This document shows positions 51,078 to 61,270 of a stretch of 64,000 nt of DNA, piece by piece; position 1 is the stretch's first letter, and every line of letters begins with the position of its first letter. The notes under the pieces are model-generated. The model made no database searches and was not told the DNA's origin. It worked only from the letters and a program-made list of their open reading frames with translations. The stretch spans positions 1,376,001 to 1,440,000 of the forward strand of contig OY762428.1 in the NCBI GenBank assembly GCA_963665665.1, in the 5' to 3' direction. A program made the translations under genes and the position numbers. This DNA is from Candidatus Kapaibacterium sp. Its GTDB lineage: Bacteria; Bacteroidota; Ignavibacteria; Kapaibacteriales; UBA2268.

Positions 51078-51398
51078 TTATTTACATGACAAAAAATTCA
51101 TCATAAATTCATATAAGTCTTCTAAATTTCTCCTCTCGTGATCGTTTAGGATATTTTCATTATCCTTTATTGCTAATTGAATTCCTTCGGGTTTTAGCAG
51201 AAGGGCTTTTACATATTTTACTCCGTTTGGATGAGATATTATTTCTATATCAAGTGTTTTTAATTTATTGATGAAATAATCAATACTACGGGGTTTAAAG
51301 CCATCGCAGTTTTTGCAAAAAGACTGATAAACGGCATAGTGGACGTTCAGGCTAATGTATACAGTATCGTTAACGTTATAGACTATATCATAATTCAT
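51078..51398 (-). CDS. Hypothetical protein downstream of the primase
   Basis: 106-aa ORF 17 bp after the primase stop. Confidence 0.55.
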   Translation of the reverse strand: MNYDIVYNVNDTVYISLNVHYAVYQSFCKNCDGFKPRSIDYFINKLKTLDIEIISHPNGVKYVKALLLKPEGIQLAIKDNENILNDHERRNLEDLYEFMMNFLSCK

Positions 51399-51415
51399 AA
51401 TATTTCTTCCTAAAA

Positions 51416-53779
51416 TTATTTAAACATGCTGTTATTTCCAGGATTCGGGTTGTTTTTGGGATCGTCAGCAACTTTTTTCCGGGCTTCCGGTTTAAATTTT
51501 AATCCGGTTATATATTTTTTATTTCCGGTACCTGTAATTTTTTTAAATCCTTTTTCTTCCAGTTTCCTGTAAAAAGTTCTGTTGCCGAGTATCCTTTCAG
51601 AATATTCCCTGCACCAGGTCTGGTATGATACGAAAACACTTTTCGCAAGTATCTTATCATTCGGATCATTTGTTATATCAAAAAATTCTTCAAGAAAATC
51701 CCGTATAACATCATTTTCATTGCGGTATTCGTTTGTGGCGGATAATACGATGCGTGGAGGCTTCAGCCCTGTCTTCTGGTATTTTTTCCATCCTTCTATC
51801 ATCCAGTTCAGGATCACGGATTTTTCGCTCTTAAGCTCTGCCATAATTTCGTCGGCGGGGCGGCGCTCTTCATCGGGAATGGTAACAGTAAAAGGAATAA
51901 TTAATATGCGCCGCCATATTCCTTCGTCAGTTCCTTTTATTATTGGTTTGTGATTGCCGTACATCCAAAGCGTATGTGTAGGAAAGAAATTAAAGTATTC
52001 CTTAAACAGGAAGCGTGCCGAAATTTTATCGTGGCCTGTCAGGTCTTTTATTTTTTCCTCATTCAGGCGGCGGCTTTCAGGAAGTTCCGAGCTTACCACC
52101 AGACGTTGTCCTACCAATTGGGCTAAATCATTGGAAACACCTTCGTTTTGCTTTTGCATCAGCGTTTCGGCATTAATCTTCATGCTGTAATCGCCAAACA
52201 TTTCATCCAGTACGTTGAAGAAAATAGATTTTCCGTTCTTACCGGTTCCGTAGCAGAAGAATAGCACCTCCTCGCTAACGTCGCCGCTCATGGAGTAGCC
52301 CACGGCCCTTTGCACAAAATCAATAAGCTCCTGGTTATCATCAAAAACTGTGGCAAGGAATAGATCCCATGCAACGCCCATATCCTCATCGGGTTTATAC
52401 TCTACATTTACAATTTTTGTAATATAGTCGTCCCGTTGGTGGGGGGTCTTGAAAACATTGTCCCGCAGGTCATAAGTTCCGTTTGCCAGGTTAAACAAGT
52501 GGTTATGTTTATTGTAATCGCTTTCCAGTGTGGCAAACCCGTTCCGGCCTTTAGACATTTTTATTGAATTATAAAAAGTGCTGGCGCTTTGGGATTTCAG
52601 GCTCCATTTGTAAAGTTCCTTTTTTTTCCCTCCGTTTTTTTCCTGGCTGGCCTCCAGCTTCAGCTTCATAACGGTTTTATCCATATAGCTTTCGTGTTTG
52701 TTTTCCTCGTCCGGCTTCCATATTTTGCCGTCCCATATCATCCACAATTTGCGGTTATGGTTAAAGCGCAGGGTATCTTTCCATTGTTCGTAAAACCTGA
52801 CGGAGTTTCCGCGTTCCGTCATATCGGGGCCTTCGTTCTTTGCGCGGTTGGCCTCGGCAATACCCGGAATTTTATTAATATCGTAGCCGTAATGCTTCGC
52901 AAAGTATATTAGCGTACCGATACTGATATTTCGCAGGCGGTATTTCATTTTTCGGGCTGTCCCCATATCTTCGTCGCGGCTCCAGTTTTCTACAATATCC
53001 ACGGCGGTTGTCATGTCCGATTCAAAATAATTGCCAATGGCGGAAATTATCTTCAGCCAAACATAGTAGCCGGGATAGGGGGGTATCGCGTCCAGCATTT
53101 CTTCTATGTGTTTGCGCCCGATTTCCCTGTCCGCGTACTCCCTGTAAAACTTTGTTTTGGGTTCCTCGTGGTGGTAGTCCTGCTTTGCTGCTTCCCAAAA
53201 AGATCGTGTCATCAGGTTATCAAAAATATAGAAGTCACCTTTCGAGCTGCCGTAATACATTCGGGAAACATCTTTGCACTGATCGTCCGCGTCGTATTTG
53301 CGGATAAAGAACAATACTGTTTCCTGGAACTGTGTGGCGCTCAGGCTTGTTTTTTGGAACGAAAGAACTATCCTGAACTTGTGATGCTCCGGCGTATGGC
53401 TTGCAGTGGTATAAATCATTACGGCATTATTTGTCAGCTCGGGATCGCTTATCGCATCATCTACCCGAAAGTATCCTTCGTGTTCTTTTTTGCATCTTAT
53501 TTCGCCGGTTTCCTTGTCAGTAATAGTGTTATCAATATCCAGGGCCACCAGCCGGGCTTTCAGGAAATTAGCCGCGCCGCGCCCTTCTTTCGGGTTTTTC
53601 CAATACGCACAGGAAAAGGCAAACCCTTTTGCAATATGCTCCTTCAGCTCTTCGGCAGTAAGCTCGGCATTTTCCCATTTATGCGTATCAGCAGCGCGGT
53701 TATGGGCCTTATCAATAATCCCCTTGTTAATACTGCAAGGGTATGTTCTTGGTTTTGTTTTTTTAACTAAGTCAATCAT
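51416..53779 (-). CDS. Primase-helicase (AEP-like + PriCT-2 + D5_N + SF3 helicase; P4-family type)
   Basis: LDID, YTTASH...KFRIV, WLKIISAI...GTLIYFAK, WDGKIW, GTGKNGKS Walker A, IKDLTG, IWRRI. Confidence 0.88.
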   Translation of the reverse strand: MIDLVKKTKPRTYPCSINKGIIDKAHNRAADTHKWENAELTAEELKEHIAKGFAFSCAYWKNPKEGRGAANFLKARLVALDIDNTITDKETGEIRCKKEHEGYFRVDDAISDPELTNNAVMIYTTASHTPEHHKFRIVLSFQKTSLSATQFQETVLFFIRKYDADDQCKDVSRMYYGSSKGDFYIFDNLMTRSFWEAAKQDYHHEEPKTKFYREYADREIGRKHIEEMLDAIPPYPGYYVWLKIISAIGNYFESDMTTAVDIVENWSRDEDMGTARKMKYRLRNISIGTLIYFAKHYGYDINKIPGIAEANRAKNEGPDMTERGNSVRFYEQWKDTLRFNHNRKLWMIWDGKIWKPDEENKHESYMDKTVMKLKLEASQEKNGGKKKELYKWSLKSQSASTFYNSIKMSKGRNGFATLESDYNKHNHLFNLANGTYDLRDNVFKTPHQRDDYITKIVNVEYKPDEDMGVAWDLFLATVFDDNQELIDFVQRAVGYSMSGDVSEEVLFFCYGTGKNGKSIFFNVLDEMFGDYSMKINAETLMQKQNEGVSNDLAQLVGQRLVVSSELPESRRLNEEKIKDLTGHDKISARFLFKEYFNFFPTHTLWMYGNHKPIIKGTDEGIWRRILIIPFTVTIPDEERRPADEIMAELKSEKSVILNWMIEGWKKYQKTGLKPPRIVLSATNEYRNENDVIRDFLEEFFDITNDPNDKILAKSVFVSYQTWCREYSERILGNRTFYRKLEEKGFKKITGTGNKKYITGLKFKPEARKKVADDPKNNPNPGNNSMFK

Positions 53780-54084
53780 TATTTCAGTTCCTCATTATTA
53801 CATTTATCATCCTGAAATAACTTCATAACTTCTGATCGTTTAAAGAATATTCTTCCGCCAACTGGATGAACTTTGATTAGTCCTTTTTCTATCCAGTTAT
53901 AGATTGTTGGCCTTGACACCTTCAACAATGAAATCAAATCAATCATTGTCATAATATCGGATTCTGTTGAGCTTGATTCACTTTCATTATTTTTCGTGTT
54001 CAGATTATTTAATTCCTGTTTAATCATCGCACGAACTTCACTGGATTGAAAGTGTTTTGATTCCGGGGTTTCTTTCTTGTTCAT
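53779..54084 (-). CDS. Excisionase-like HTH_17 DNA-binding protein
   Basis: LLKVSRPTIYNWIEKGLI...VGGRIFFKRSEV; stop overlaps the primase start; start uncertain (54084, 54096 or 54111). Confidence 0.8.
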   Translation of the reverse strand: MNKKETPESKHFQSSEVRAMIKQELNNLNTKNNESESSSTESDIMTMIDLISLLKVSRPTIYNWIEKGLIKVHPVGGRIFFKRSEVMKLFQDDKCNNEELK

Positions 54085-54237
54085 AATAGATTCCATTATT
54101 ATTAATAACAATTATTATCAATATCTTACTTGTCTTGTCAAGATTTAATGGAATTTATCGTTTGAGCTATAATAATAAAAATATATTTATGAAAAGATTT
54201 TTCAAAACTTCTTAACTAATTGGGGAATATTCAGATA

Positions 54238-54477
54238 TTATTTTTGAAAAATTTCCTCTTTTATAATTTCCATCTCTTTATCAGTTAAATACTTTAAAAG
54301 TCGACGCTTTGCTTTTTGCATCGCAAGTATCCTGTCCCTATTCTTGTAATACCTTTCCCTCGCCTTAATTTTGATCCTTTCTTTATTATCCGGGTCAGAA
54401 TAATATGCCTTATTCATCGCCCTAATTTCCTCTTTAGAATAGCATTTTTTTCGCTGTGGCTGAAGCTTAATTTCCAT
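54238..54477 (-). CDS. Small basic hypothetical protein
   Basis: ORF 54238..54549; start placed at MEIKLQ (54477) because the upstream part overlaps arm repeats; YYxxN(K/R)ERI-like repeats. Confidence 0.5.
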   Translation of the reverse strand: MEIKLQPQRKKCYSKEEIRAMNKAYYSDPDNKERIKIKARERYYKNRDRILAMQKAKRRLLKYLTDKEMEIIKEEIFQK

Positions 54478-54492
54478 AGGGATACCATGATA

Positions 54493-54512
54493 GTAGAACA
54501 TCAGTAGAACAT
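54493..54512. repeat. Putative integrase arm-type sites (right)
   Basis: GTAGAACAT x2 at 11-bp period, same motif as the left end. Confidence 0.65.
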
Positions 54513-54560
54513 TTTGTAAAAATACGCAAAATTTGACAAAAAACAGCACTTACTATTTAT

Positions 54561-54650
54561 CTGTTAATCAGAGGGTCCGCGGTTCAAGTCCGTGCTCAGG
54601 AGCTTCAAAACAAACCCGCTACAAATAGAACTGTAGCGGGTTTTTACGTT
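54561..54650 (+). repeat. attR (90 bp; truncated tRNA-Asn 3' half plus terminator)
   Basis: Identical to 28516..28605. Confidence 0.95.
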
Positions 54651-54929
54651 TTTTTTGTGGGGGGATGTGTGATTATCTCTTATTAATCATTATTTTTTGA
54701 CGGTTTTTATTAGAACTTTTTTGATACCATTCTATATCCAAATATTACAACAATGTTAATTTTCTCACGCATTTTTTCAGTATAGTCATTGCTAAATTCA
54801 TTCTCCTAAACTTGCCTTTCTCCGGAAAATTTGCGATATTGGAAATTGTAAATATTGGGGGTGCTCGACGATAGATTAAGGTTTTTATCAATCATTGGGG
54901 CGCTGAACATTTGGAAACCAGAGGAACAC

Positions 54930-57900
54930 ATGAAAAAAGCTATCCTTACACTATTATTCCTGCTGCCACTTGCAGCGCAGGCGCAAAGCCTTTCAGTATT
55001 CGATATTGACACAAGCAACTTTCCGGTTATGAAAGCCAAATTCTGGGCTTTTGATGAAAACGGAGAACAAATCAGGAACCTTTTAAATTCTGATTTTGAA
55101 ATCACCGAGGATGTTGAACAGAAAGATATGATTCGTGTTTCATGCCCGGATCAACCTGCGTTGCAGGCAATATCCAGCGTACTTACTATTGACATATCCG
55201 GTTCGATAACAGGGGACATACAAACACTGACCAGGAAAACGGCAGAAACATGGATCAATTTGCTGCCGTCCGGAGAATCGGAATGTGCAATTACTGCCTT
55301 CAATTCAAAAAATTATATGGTTCAGGACTTTACTAATGATAAATCCAGGCTGCTTGAAAAATTAAATTCCTTGAGCCAGGAAGGCAGTTCAAGTTTCGAT
55401 GCCGGTTTTATTAACCCGATGTCCGGAGCTTTGCTTGCGGCGGAAAAGGGTAAAAATAAAAAAGTTGTCGTGTTTATCACTGACGGTAATGCTGTTGGCG
55501 ATGAGCAGTCAATAATTCAAAAAGCAAATGAAGTTGACGCTCAGGTTTTCTGTCTTACGATCGGATCCGATAGTCCGGAAATTCTGAAAAACATCTCGGA
55601 ACAAACGGGCGGACAGTGGTTCGATAATATAAACACAATAGAAAAAGCAGAAGAAACTTGTTATAAAATATTACATATAGCACAAGGCGGCGAACCATGC
55701 GAAATTGAATGGGAAAGCAGCCTGAGATGCGATTATAGCAGGGTAGGTTTGCAGGTTTCAGTTCCGGCATTATCGCTACTAAGTTCTAATAGATATTTTC
55801 CCCCGGAAAGTTCAATAGCCGAACTAAAATTTTCTCCGATGGCAATTTATTTCAGAGATAAAGAACCGGGACAGACAGCGGATACTACAATAACAATTAC
55901 TGCAATTGGCAGCGATTATGTTATCACAGATATAATAAGTAGCTCCCCATATTTTGAAATTAATCCCAAATCTTTTACTCTGCCAGAAGGCGAGAGCAAA
56001 GAATTAACAGTTTCATATACCCCCGCCGACAGCTCATATACTTTTGTAAAATTTGCAATTGTAAATAATGTTTGCCCGGATAAATATTTTTATAGTTCCG
56101 GAGGTTTCAGCGGCATCCCGCCAAAGGAAAAGACCCTGAAACTTACACATCCGAATGGAGGAGAAAAATTTCTTGTCGGTAGCGATACTGTGATAACCTG
56201 GGAGGGCATTTTGCCATCTGATAAAGTATCATTGGATTACAGTATTGATAATGGCGAGAATTGGAATAAAATAACCGACAATGCTTATAATTTGAGATAT
56301 AGATGGGAAGATATTCCAAAAAAAGAATCAGACGAATGTTTAATCAGTATTTCTCAGGCAAGAAATCCGATTATTCCAGAAATTGAGTGGCAAAGATGTT
56401 ATGGTGGAAGCTCTGAAGATCAGGTAAGTTGTATAACCCAAACCGACGATAATGGATATATTTTTGCAGGTTTTACAAATTCTATTGATGGAAATGTATC
56501 AGGTAATCATGGTAAATTTGATTTCTGGATTACTAAAATTGATTTAATCGGAGCTATCAAATGGCAGAAATGTCTTGGTGGAAGTAATCGTGAGTATGCA
56601 AATTCAATAGAACAGACTATTGATGGGGGGTATATTGTTGCCGGATATACTTATTCTAATGATAATGATATATCAAGACAAAATGGTAAGGATGATTATT
56701 GGATCGTAAAGTTAAACGGATCAGGTGATATCGAATGGGAAAAATCTTTTGGAGGTAGTCATGAAGATATAGCAACTTCAGTAGCCCTAACTGACGATGG
56801 TGGATTTGTTATTGCAGGTCAATCAAGATCTAATGATGGTGATGTTACCGAAAATTACGGTTGGTTTGATATATGGCTTGTAAAATTGAGTAGTTCAGGA
56901 AACATGGTCTCCCAGAGAATATTAGGCGGCGATGAAAATGATATTGCCAGTTCGATACAGCAAACAAATGATAAGGGATTTATTCTGTCTGGGTACACAT
57001 ATTCGAATAATATTGATGTTAGTGGTTCTCACGGATGGGAAGATTATTGGATTGTTAAATTAAATTCCAAATTTGATATCCAATGGCAAAAGTGTTTTGG
57101 AGGAAGCGAGGATGATAAAGCAAAAAAAATTATTCAAACTACTGATAATGGATATATAATTATTGGTTCCACCCAGTCTCCAGATGGTGATGTAAGCAAT
57201 TGGAAGTCGGCAAGGGATTTTTGGGTAGTCAAAATAGATGAAAATGGTGAAATCCAATGGGAAAAATGTTTGGGAGGATTTAGTAATGATGTAGCATCAT
57301 CAATAATTCAAACATCTGATGGCGGATTTATTATTTTGGGTGTTTCTGAATCAGGTTTTATTGAGGGACCTAAAAATCATGGTGGTTGTGATTTTTTAAT
57401 TATCAAGCTCAGTTTTCAAGGTGAAATTGAATGGCAAAAATTTCTTGGAGGAACAGAATCTGATTGTCCAACATCAATTCAACAGACTAATGATGGAGGT
57501 TTTATTCTTTCTGGATATACTGAGTCTGATGATGGAGATGTATCAGGCAATCATGGGGATAGAGATGGTTGGATAGTAAAATTATCATCAGAGGGTAAAA
57601 TTGATCAATCCGACACATCCGATGCTGTTTTCTCCATTGTCGCTCCTCTCGCAGAAGCGCGAAGCATAGATATGGGCAGGGAAATAGTTGGCGATATGAA
57701 GGATTCCCTTTTCGTGGATTTTATTGTTAATACGGGAGAGTATAAGGTAAGGGTGGATTCTATATATTTCACAGGTGCTGATGCAAATGCTTTCGCGCAG
57801 GTTTCTGCTTTTCCTGTTTATGAAATTGATGTGAATAAAGCGCAATCTACTGAGTTCAGGTTTATACCCAATCGGGTTGGACTACATACTGCAAAGCTAA

Positions 57901-58580
57901 ATATAATTACACAGGCAGAAACACTGGAATATGATATTACCGGCATTGGCGAAGAAAGAAAACTGGAACTTGCCTGTGATATTCTGGACTTTGGCGAAGT
58001 AAAAACGGGTAGTGATAAGATTATTGCAGATACTGTGCTAATAAAGAATATTTCCTCGGAATCTATTAATATTACTAACGTTGGACAGCTCGGGCCGGAT
58101 ATGGATCAATTCCGGATTATCAGCGGGGGCGAAGCTTTTACATTGGCTCCCGGCGAAGAACAAGAAATGACTTTGCTATTCAAACCAATATATACAGGCA
58201 GAACTTCCGGCCAGATTGGGTTTGAATACGATGGTACAGGAAGCCCTGCCAAAGTGCAATTATTTGGTGAAGGTGTTAGCCAGACTGATATTGAAGAGGA
58301 TTACATCTTAACTGATGAGAATTGTCATTTACGTGTTTCGCCAAATCCATCGACCGGAATCCTTCAGGCTAAAATAAAATTATCAAATCCTGCCGAAATT
58401 GATTTGATAATTATTAATTCATTAGGTGAAAAAGTATCAGATATTTATTCCGGTTATGTCCAGGAAAAATCAGCTAATATATTCAAGGCTGATATCAGCA
58501 ACCTTGCCAACGGTGTTTATTATGTTATCCTGAAAACACCCAACCAGCATTTTTTTGAAAAGGTGTTGGTGATAAGGTAA
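54930..58580 (+). CDS. VWA + Ig-like (ASH/choice-of-anchor D-like) + beta-propeller protein with T9SS domain
   Basis: AGAGGA RBS, signal peptide, DISGS MIDAS and ITDG, (W)QKC(L/F)GGSxxD repeats, Ig-like LDFGEV, SPNP...NGVYYV C-terminus. Confidence 0.85.
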   Translation: MKKAILTLLFLLPLAAQAQSLSVFDIDTSNFPVMKAKFWAFDENGEQIRNLLNSDFEITEDVEQKDMIRVSCPDQPALQAISSVLTIDISGSITGDIQTLTRKTAETWINLLPSGESECAITAFNSKNYMVQDFTNDKSRLLEKLNSLSQEGSSSFDAGFINPMSGALLAAEKGKNKKVVVFITDGNAVGDEQSIIQKANEVDAQVFCLTIGSDSPEILKNISEQTGGQWFDNINTIEKAEETCYKILHIAQGGEPCEIEWESSLRCDYSRVGLQVSVPALSLLSSNRYFPPESSIAELKFSPMAIYFRDKEPGQTADTTITITAIGSDYVITDIISSSPYFEINPKSFTLPEGESKELTVSYTPADSSYTFVKFAIVNNVCPDKYFYSSGGFSGIPPKEKTLKLTHPNGGEKFLVGSDTVITWEGILPSDKVSLDYSIDNGENWNKITDNAYNLRYRWEDIPKKESDECLISISQARNPIIPEIEWQRCYGGSSEDQVSCITQTDDNGYIFAGFTNSIDGNVSGNHGKFDFWITKIDLIGAIKWQKCLGGSNREYANSIEQTIDGGYIVAGYTYSNDNDISRQNGKDDYWIVKLNGSGDIEWEKSFGGSHEDIATSVALTDDGGFVIAGQSRSNDGDVTENYGWFDIWLVKLSSSGNMVSQRILGGDENDIASSIQQTNDKGFILSGYTYSNNIDVSGSHGWEDYWIVKLNSKFDIQWQKCFGGSEDDKAKKIIQTTDNGYIIIGSTQSPDGDVSNWKSARDFWVVKIDENGEIQWEKCLGGFSNDVASSIIQTSDGGFIILGVSESGFIEGPKNHGGCDFLIIKLSFQGEIEWQKFLGGTESDCPTSIQQTNDGGFILSGYTESDDGDVSGNHGDRDGWIVKLSSEGKIDQSDTSDAVFSIVAPLAEARSIDMGREIVGDMKDSLFVDFIVNTGEYKVRVDSIYFTGADANAFAQVSAFPVYEIDVNKAQSTEFRFIPNRVGLHTAKLNIITQAETLEYDITGIGEERKLELACDILDFGEVKTGSDKIIADTVLIKNISSESINITNVGQLGPDMDQFRIISGGEAFTLAPGEEQEMTLLFKPIYTGRTSGQIGFEYDGTGSPAKVQLFGEGVSQTDIEEDYILTDENCHLRVSPNPSTGILQAKIKLSNPAEIDLIIINSLGEKVSDIYSGYVQEKSANIFKADISNLANGVYYVILKTPNQHFFEKVLVIR

Positions 58581-58613
58581 GAAGAGAAATCAATTAAACC
58601 AGAGGAACAGATG

Positions 58614-59302
58614 AGAAAAGCAATTATGGAATGCAGCGGATAAACTCCGTAAAAATATTTATGCAGCTGAATACTAACATATAGTTCAAAGGAATTACTC
58701 CAGGGGATTTTATCGACCAGAAAACTATTTCCGGGCCGCTTAGTTTGCAGGCCGAATCTGCATATCAATTTATTTTGCGCCATATTTCGCAGGGGTCTTC
58801 CTACGATGGCGTTTACAGGATTGACCGCTGGGAATATCCCGTTACAGCTATCAGGGAAGCCATTCGCAATGCTGTTATCCACAGGGATTATTCCCTGACT
58901 GGGAAAGATATTAAAATTACCGTATTCGATAATAAAATTGAGATCACAAGCCCCGGCAAGCTTCTTCCTACAGTTGATTTTGAGGAGATGGAAGCCGGTC
59001 AGTCCGATATTAGAAACATGGTGCTGGCGCCTGAATTTAAGAAATTTGGTATTATTGAGCAATGGGGCAACGGCCTTCAGCTTATTTCAGATGAAATGAA
59101 GCAATATCCGGAAATTGATATAAAATTGAACGAACCGGGCATGGCTTTTCGGATAAGCTTTATTAAGAGAGATTATATTGAGCAGCCCGAGTCAAGGCAA
59201 GAGTTGCAGCAAGAGACGGATGTAAATACGCCGGCATTTTTTGGGAATTATATTGATGTATATGATATTGCACAGGCCGTTGAGGACGAGGCTATAGTGT
59301 GA
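58614..59302 (+). pseudogene. Chimeric remnant hsdM'-albA'-hsdR'
   Basis: 58614-58685 matches 39749-39820; 58684-59215 matches 41908-42439; 59216-59302 matches 48936-49022. Confidence 0.85.
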
Positions 59303-59351
59303 ACTGTAGCGGGTTTTTACGTTTTTTTGGGGGGGGATGTGATAATATCAA

Positions 59352-60596
59352 CTAACCCAAAAGCCTGTTATAAGAATCGATATATTTCGATGCCACTACA
59401 GACATATCAAAATTTTCCTTCACACGGTATATACAATTAGAAGAAAACTGCCGATAAACATCTCCGTAAACAGCCAGGCGGGTTATTGCTTCAGCATATT
59501 TTTCATTATCACCGAAAGGAATCAGGAAGCCGTTTTTGCCGTCACGGATAATTTCTCGTGGGCCGTTAATATCGTATGATATAACCGGTTTTCCGGCAGC
59601 CAAGGATTCCAATGCCACAAGCGAGAAAGATTCCCATTCCGAACAAATTGCCGTTATATCCGAGGCAAAATATAACTGTTTCATCAGATCGGGATCGTTT
59701 ATCTGTCCCGTAAAAAATATTATATTACTCAATTCAGGAGTTACATCCGGTTGATTCCTCCCGACCGCAATTATTTTTGTTCTTGATTTTACATCCGGCT
59801 GGAGTAATTTAAAAATATCAATTAGCCGCTGAAAGCCTTTGTTCTGCCTTTGCAGGTCATCCGAAACAAAAAGAATAACAAAATCCTCCGGGCTTAGGCC
59901 TTTTTCCTGCCTGAATGAATTTCTGTTATTTTTATTGTATGCATTCAGATCAATACCATGGGGTATATGCTTATGTCCAGATCCGCTAAATACCACCGAG
60001 GCTCTTGACATATCCAATAAACCACGACTTGGAGAAGTGATAATTTTTTTATCATTTTTAGCAAACAATTCTATCTTTTTCTGTAATTGCTTTTGGGCGA
60101 GATATTTGCAAAACGCCCCTTCAATCTGCGGGCAGGGATAGCAGTTTCCGGTATAACCACTGCAATCAAAGGCTACGTGGCATCCGCCGGTAAAATAGTT
60201 CATATCGTGAAGCGTAATCAGCAGAGGTTTTTTATTCTTCTTCAGGAATGACGGCAGATCAATAAATTCAGATGTAAAATGCAGATGAATTAAATCGGCA
60301 TTCCTGTATTTGGCAGTAGAAGTCAGATCGAATAGTGAGTGGAGAAATGAAAATCCCTCGTAATCGTTTTTTCTTCCTAGAAGTTTCAGTCTGTCGAACT
60401 TAGGCCTGATATGGCGTTTGAAGAAACTGAGACCTGAGCCTTGATTTATATACTCAGTATTTTCAATACCCCCCGTATTTTTATCAAGCGCGAGAATATT
60501 TGATTCGATACCGTTCTTCAATAATTCACGGTGCAGCCTGATGCATGCAATCCCGGCGCCCCCTTTGTCTGAAGTTGTTATATGCAGAATATTCAT
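59352..60596 (-). CDS. Glycosyltransferase family 4 (WcaC-like)
   Basis: GGAGIAC, TLHDMNYFTGGCH, QNKGF, ESFSLVALESLAAGKPV; start placed at MNILHIT (ORF extends to 60620). Confidence 0.9.
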   Translation of the reverse strand: MNILHITTSDKGGAGIACIRLHRELLKNGIESNILALDKNTGGIENTEYINQGSGLSFFKRHIRPKFDRLKLLGRKNDYEGFSFLHSLFDLTSTAKYRNADLIHLHFTSEFIDLPSFLKKNKKPLLITLHDMNYFTGGCHVAFDCSGYTGNCYPCPQIEGAFCKYLAQKQLQKKIELFAKNDKKIITSPSRGLLDMSRASVVFSGSGHKHIPHGIDLNAYNKNNRNSFRQEKGLSPEDFVILFVSDDLQRQNKGFQRLIDIFKLLQPDVKSRTKIIAVGRNQPDVTPELSNIIFFTGQINDPDLMKQLYFASDITAICSEWESFSLVALESLAAGKPVISYDINGPREIIRDGKNGFLIPFGDNEKYAEAITRLAVYGDVYRQFSSNCIYRVKENFDMSVVASKYIDSYNRLLG

Positions 60597-60739
60597 TTTA
60601 TTTCCCAGTATTTTCCGCAATATAATGATTTGAAACCATATAATTGAATTAAAGGATTTGCGTGATAATTATTTCATTGTGATCAATAACGGAGAATTTG
60701 TCCATCGCGAAAAGCTGATAGTGATTTAACAAAAAAATT

Positions 60740-60772
60740 AAAGTCCGGCAGAATCAATCTGTCGGACTTTTT
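60740..60772. terminator. Possible bidirectional terminator hairpin
   Basis: AAAGTCCGGCAGA / TCTGTCGGACTTT with A/T tracts on both sides. Confidence 0.6.
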
Positions 60773-60789
60773 GAATTTTCATTTTACGG

Positions 60790-61270
60790 AATAAAAAAAC
60801 CCGGAATCTCAAGTATTCAATCAATTTGTTTTATTACATACCCAAACAAGAAATTTCCCCTTTTCTCTTTTCAAACAATTGAATAATTAATATTCCGGGT
60901 GAATCTTTATATTTCAAAGAATATTAGCGGATAAAAGCGGGCCGGACATCGTTCGATAAAGTCAGATTTTTCATTTTCAAGCGGAGACTTATATGAAAAA
61001 TAGGAGACACTTTCTCAACACAACCAATGACTAAATCAAAGTCAATCCGGACCATAATTAGAATGCCATCTATTACCCGGGGGATAATCAAATTTGAAAT
61101 TTTTAAATGCCTGAGACCTTAACCTACCCGAAGACACTCTGCCAATAAACTACTCATCAATCACCTATCACTTATCTCTCATCATGAGCCCCAGGCATTT
61201 ATAAAGTTTTTTCTTTCCCGAAGTAAATCCGCTGATTTATCCGTTTCGTACCGTGTTTTCAAATAACTGG
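60790..61270 (-). ncRNA. Candidate structured ncRNA (unassigned family)
   Basis: ORF-free; several long-range stems; TATATTTG -7-like element at 61280-61273; ends in a stem plus U tract. Confidence 0.35.

Larger units (their letters stand above)
28516..54650. mobile_element. ~26.1-kb integrative element in tRNA-Asn (integrase, xis-like HTH, primase-helicase; defence cargo)
   Basis: 90-bp direct repeats, integrase next to attL, replication module next to attR, arm-like repeats inside both ends. Confidence 0.92.
54628..59342. mobile_element. Degenerate second element at the same tRNA site
   Basis: Bounded by ~42-bp repeats (54628-54670, 59301-59342); contains fused fragments of hsdM, albA and hsdR. 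Confidence 0.7.

Noticed and set aside
53108-53828. Long + strand ORFs opposite the primase
   Set aside because: Antisense shadows of a GC-richer gene with no recognisable motifs
54561-54602. Second tRNA-Asn gene
   Set aside because: Lacks the 5' acceptor strand, D arm and 5' anticodon stem; it is attR
28516-54650. Prophage or conjugative ICE
   Set aside because: No recognisable capsid, terminase, tail, lysis, T4SS or relaxase genes
58745-59302. Intact 185-aa gene
   Set aside because: Internal albA fragment fused to an hsdR fragment, with no native start; treated as a pseudogene
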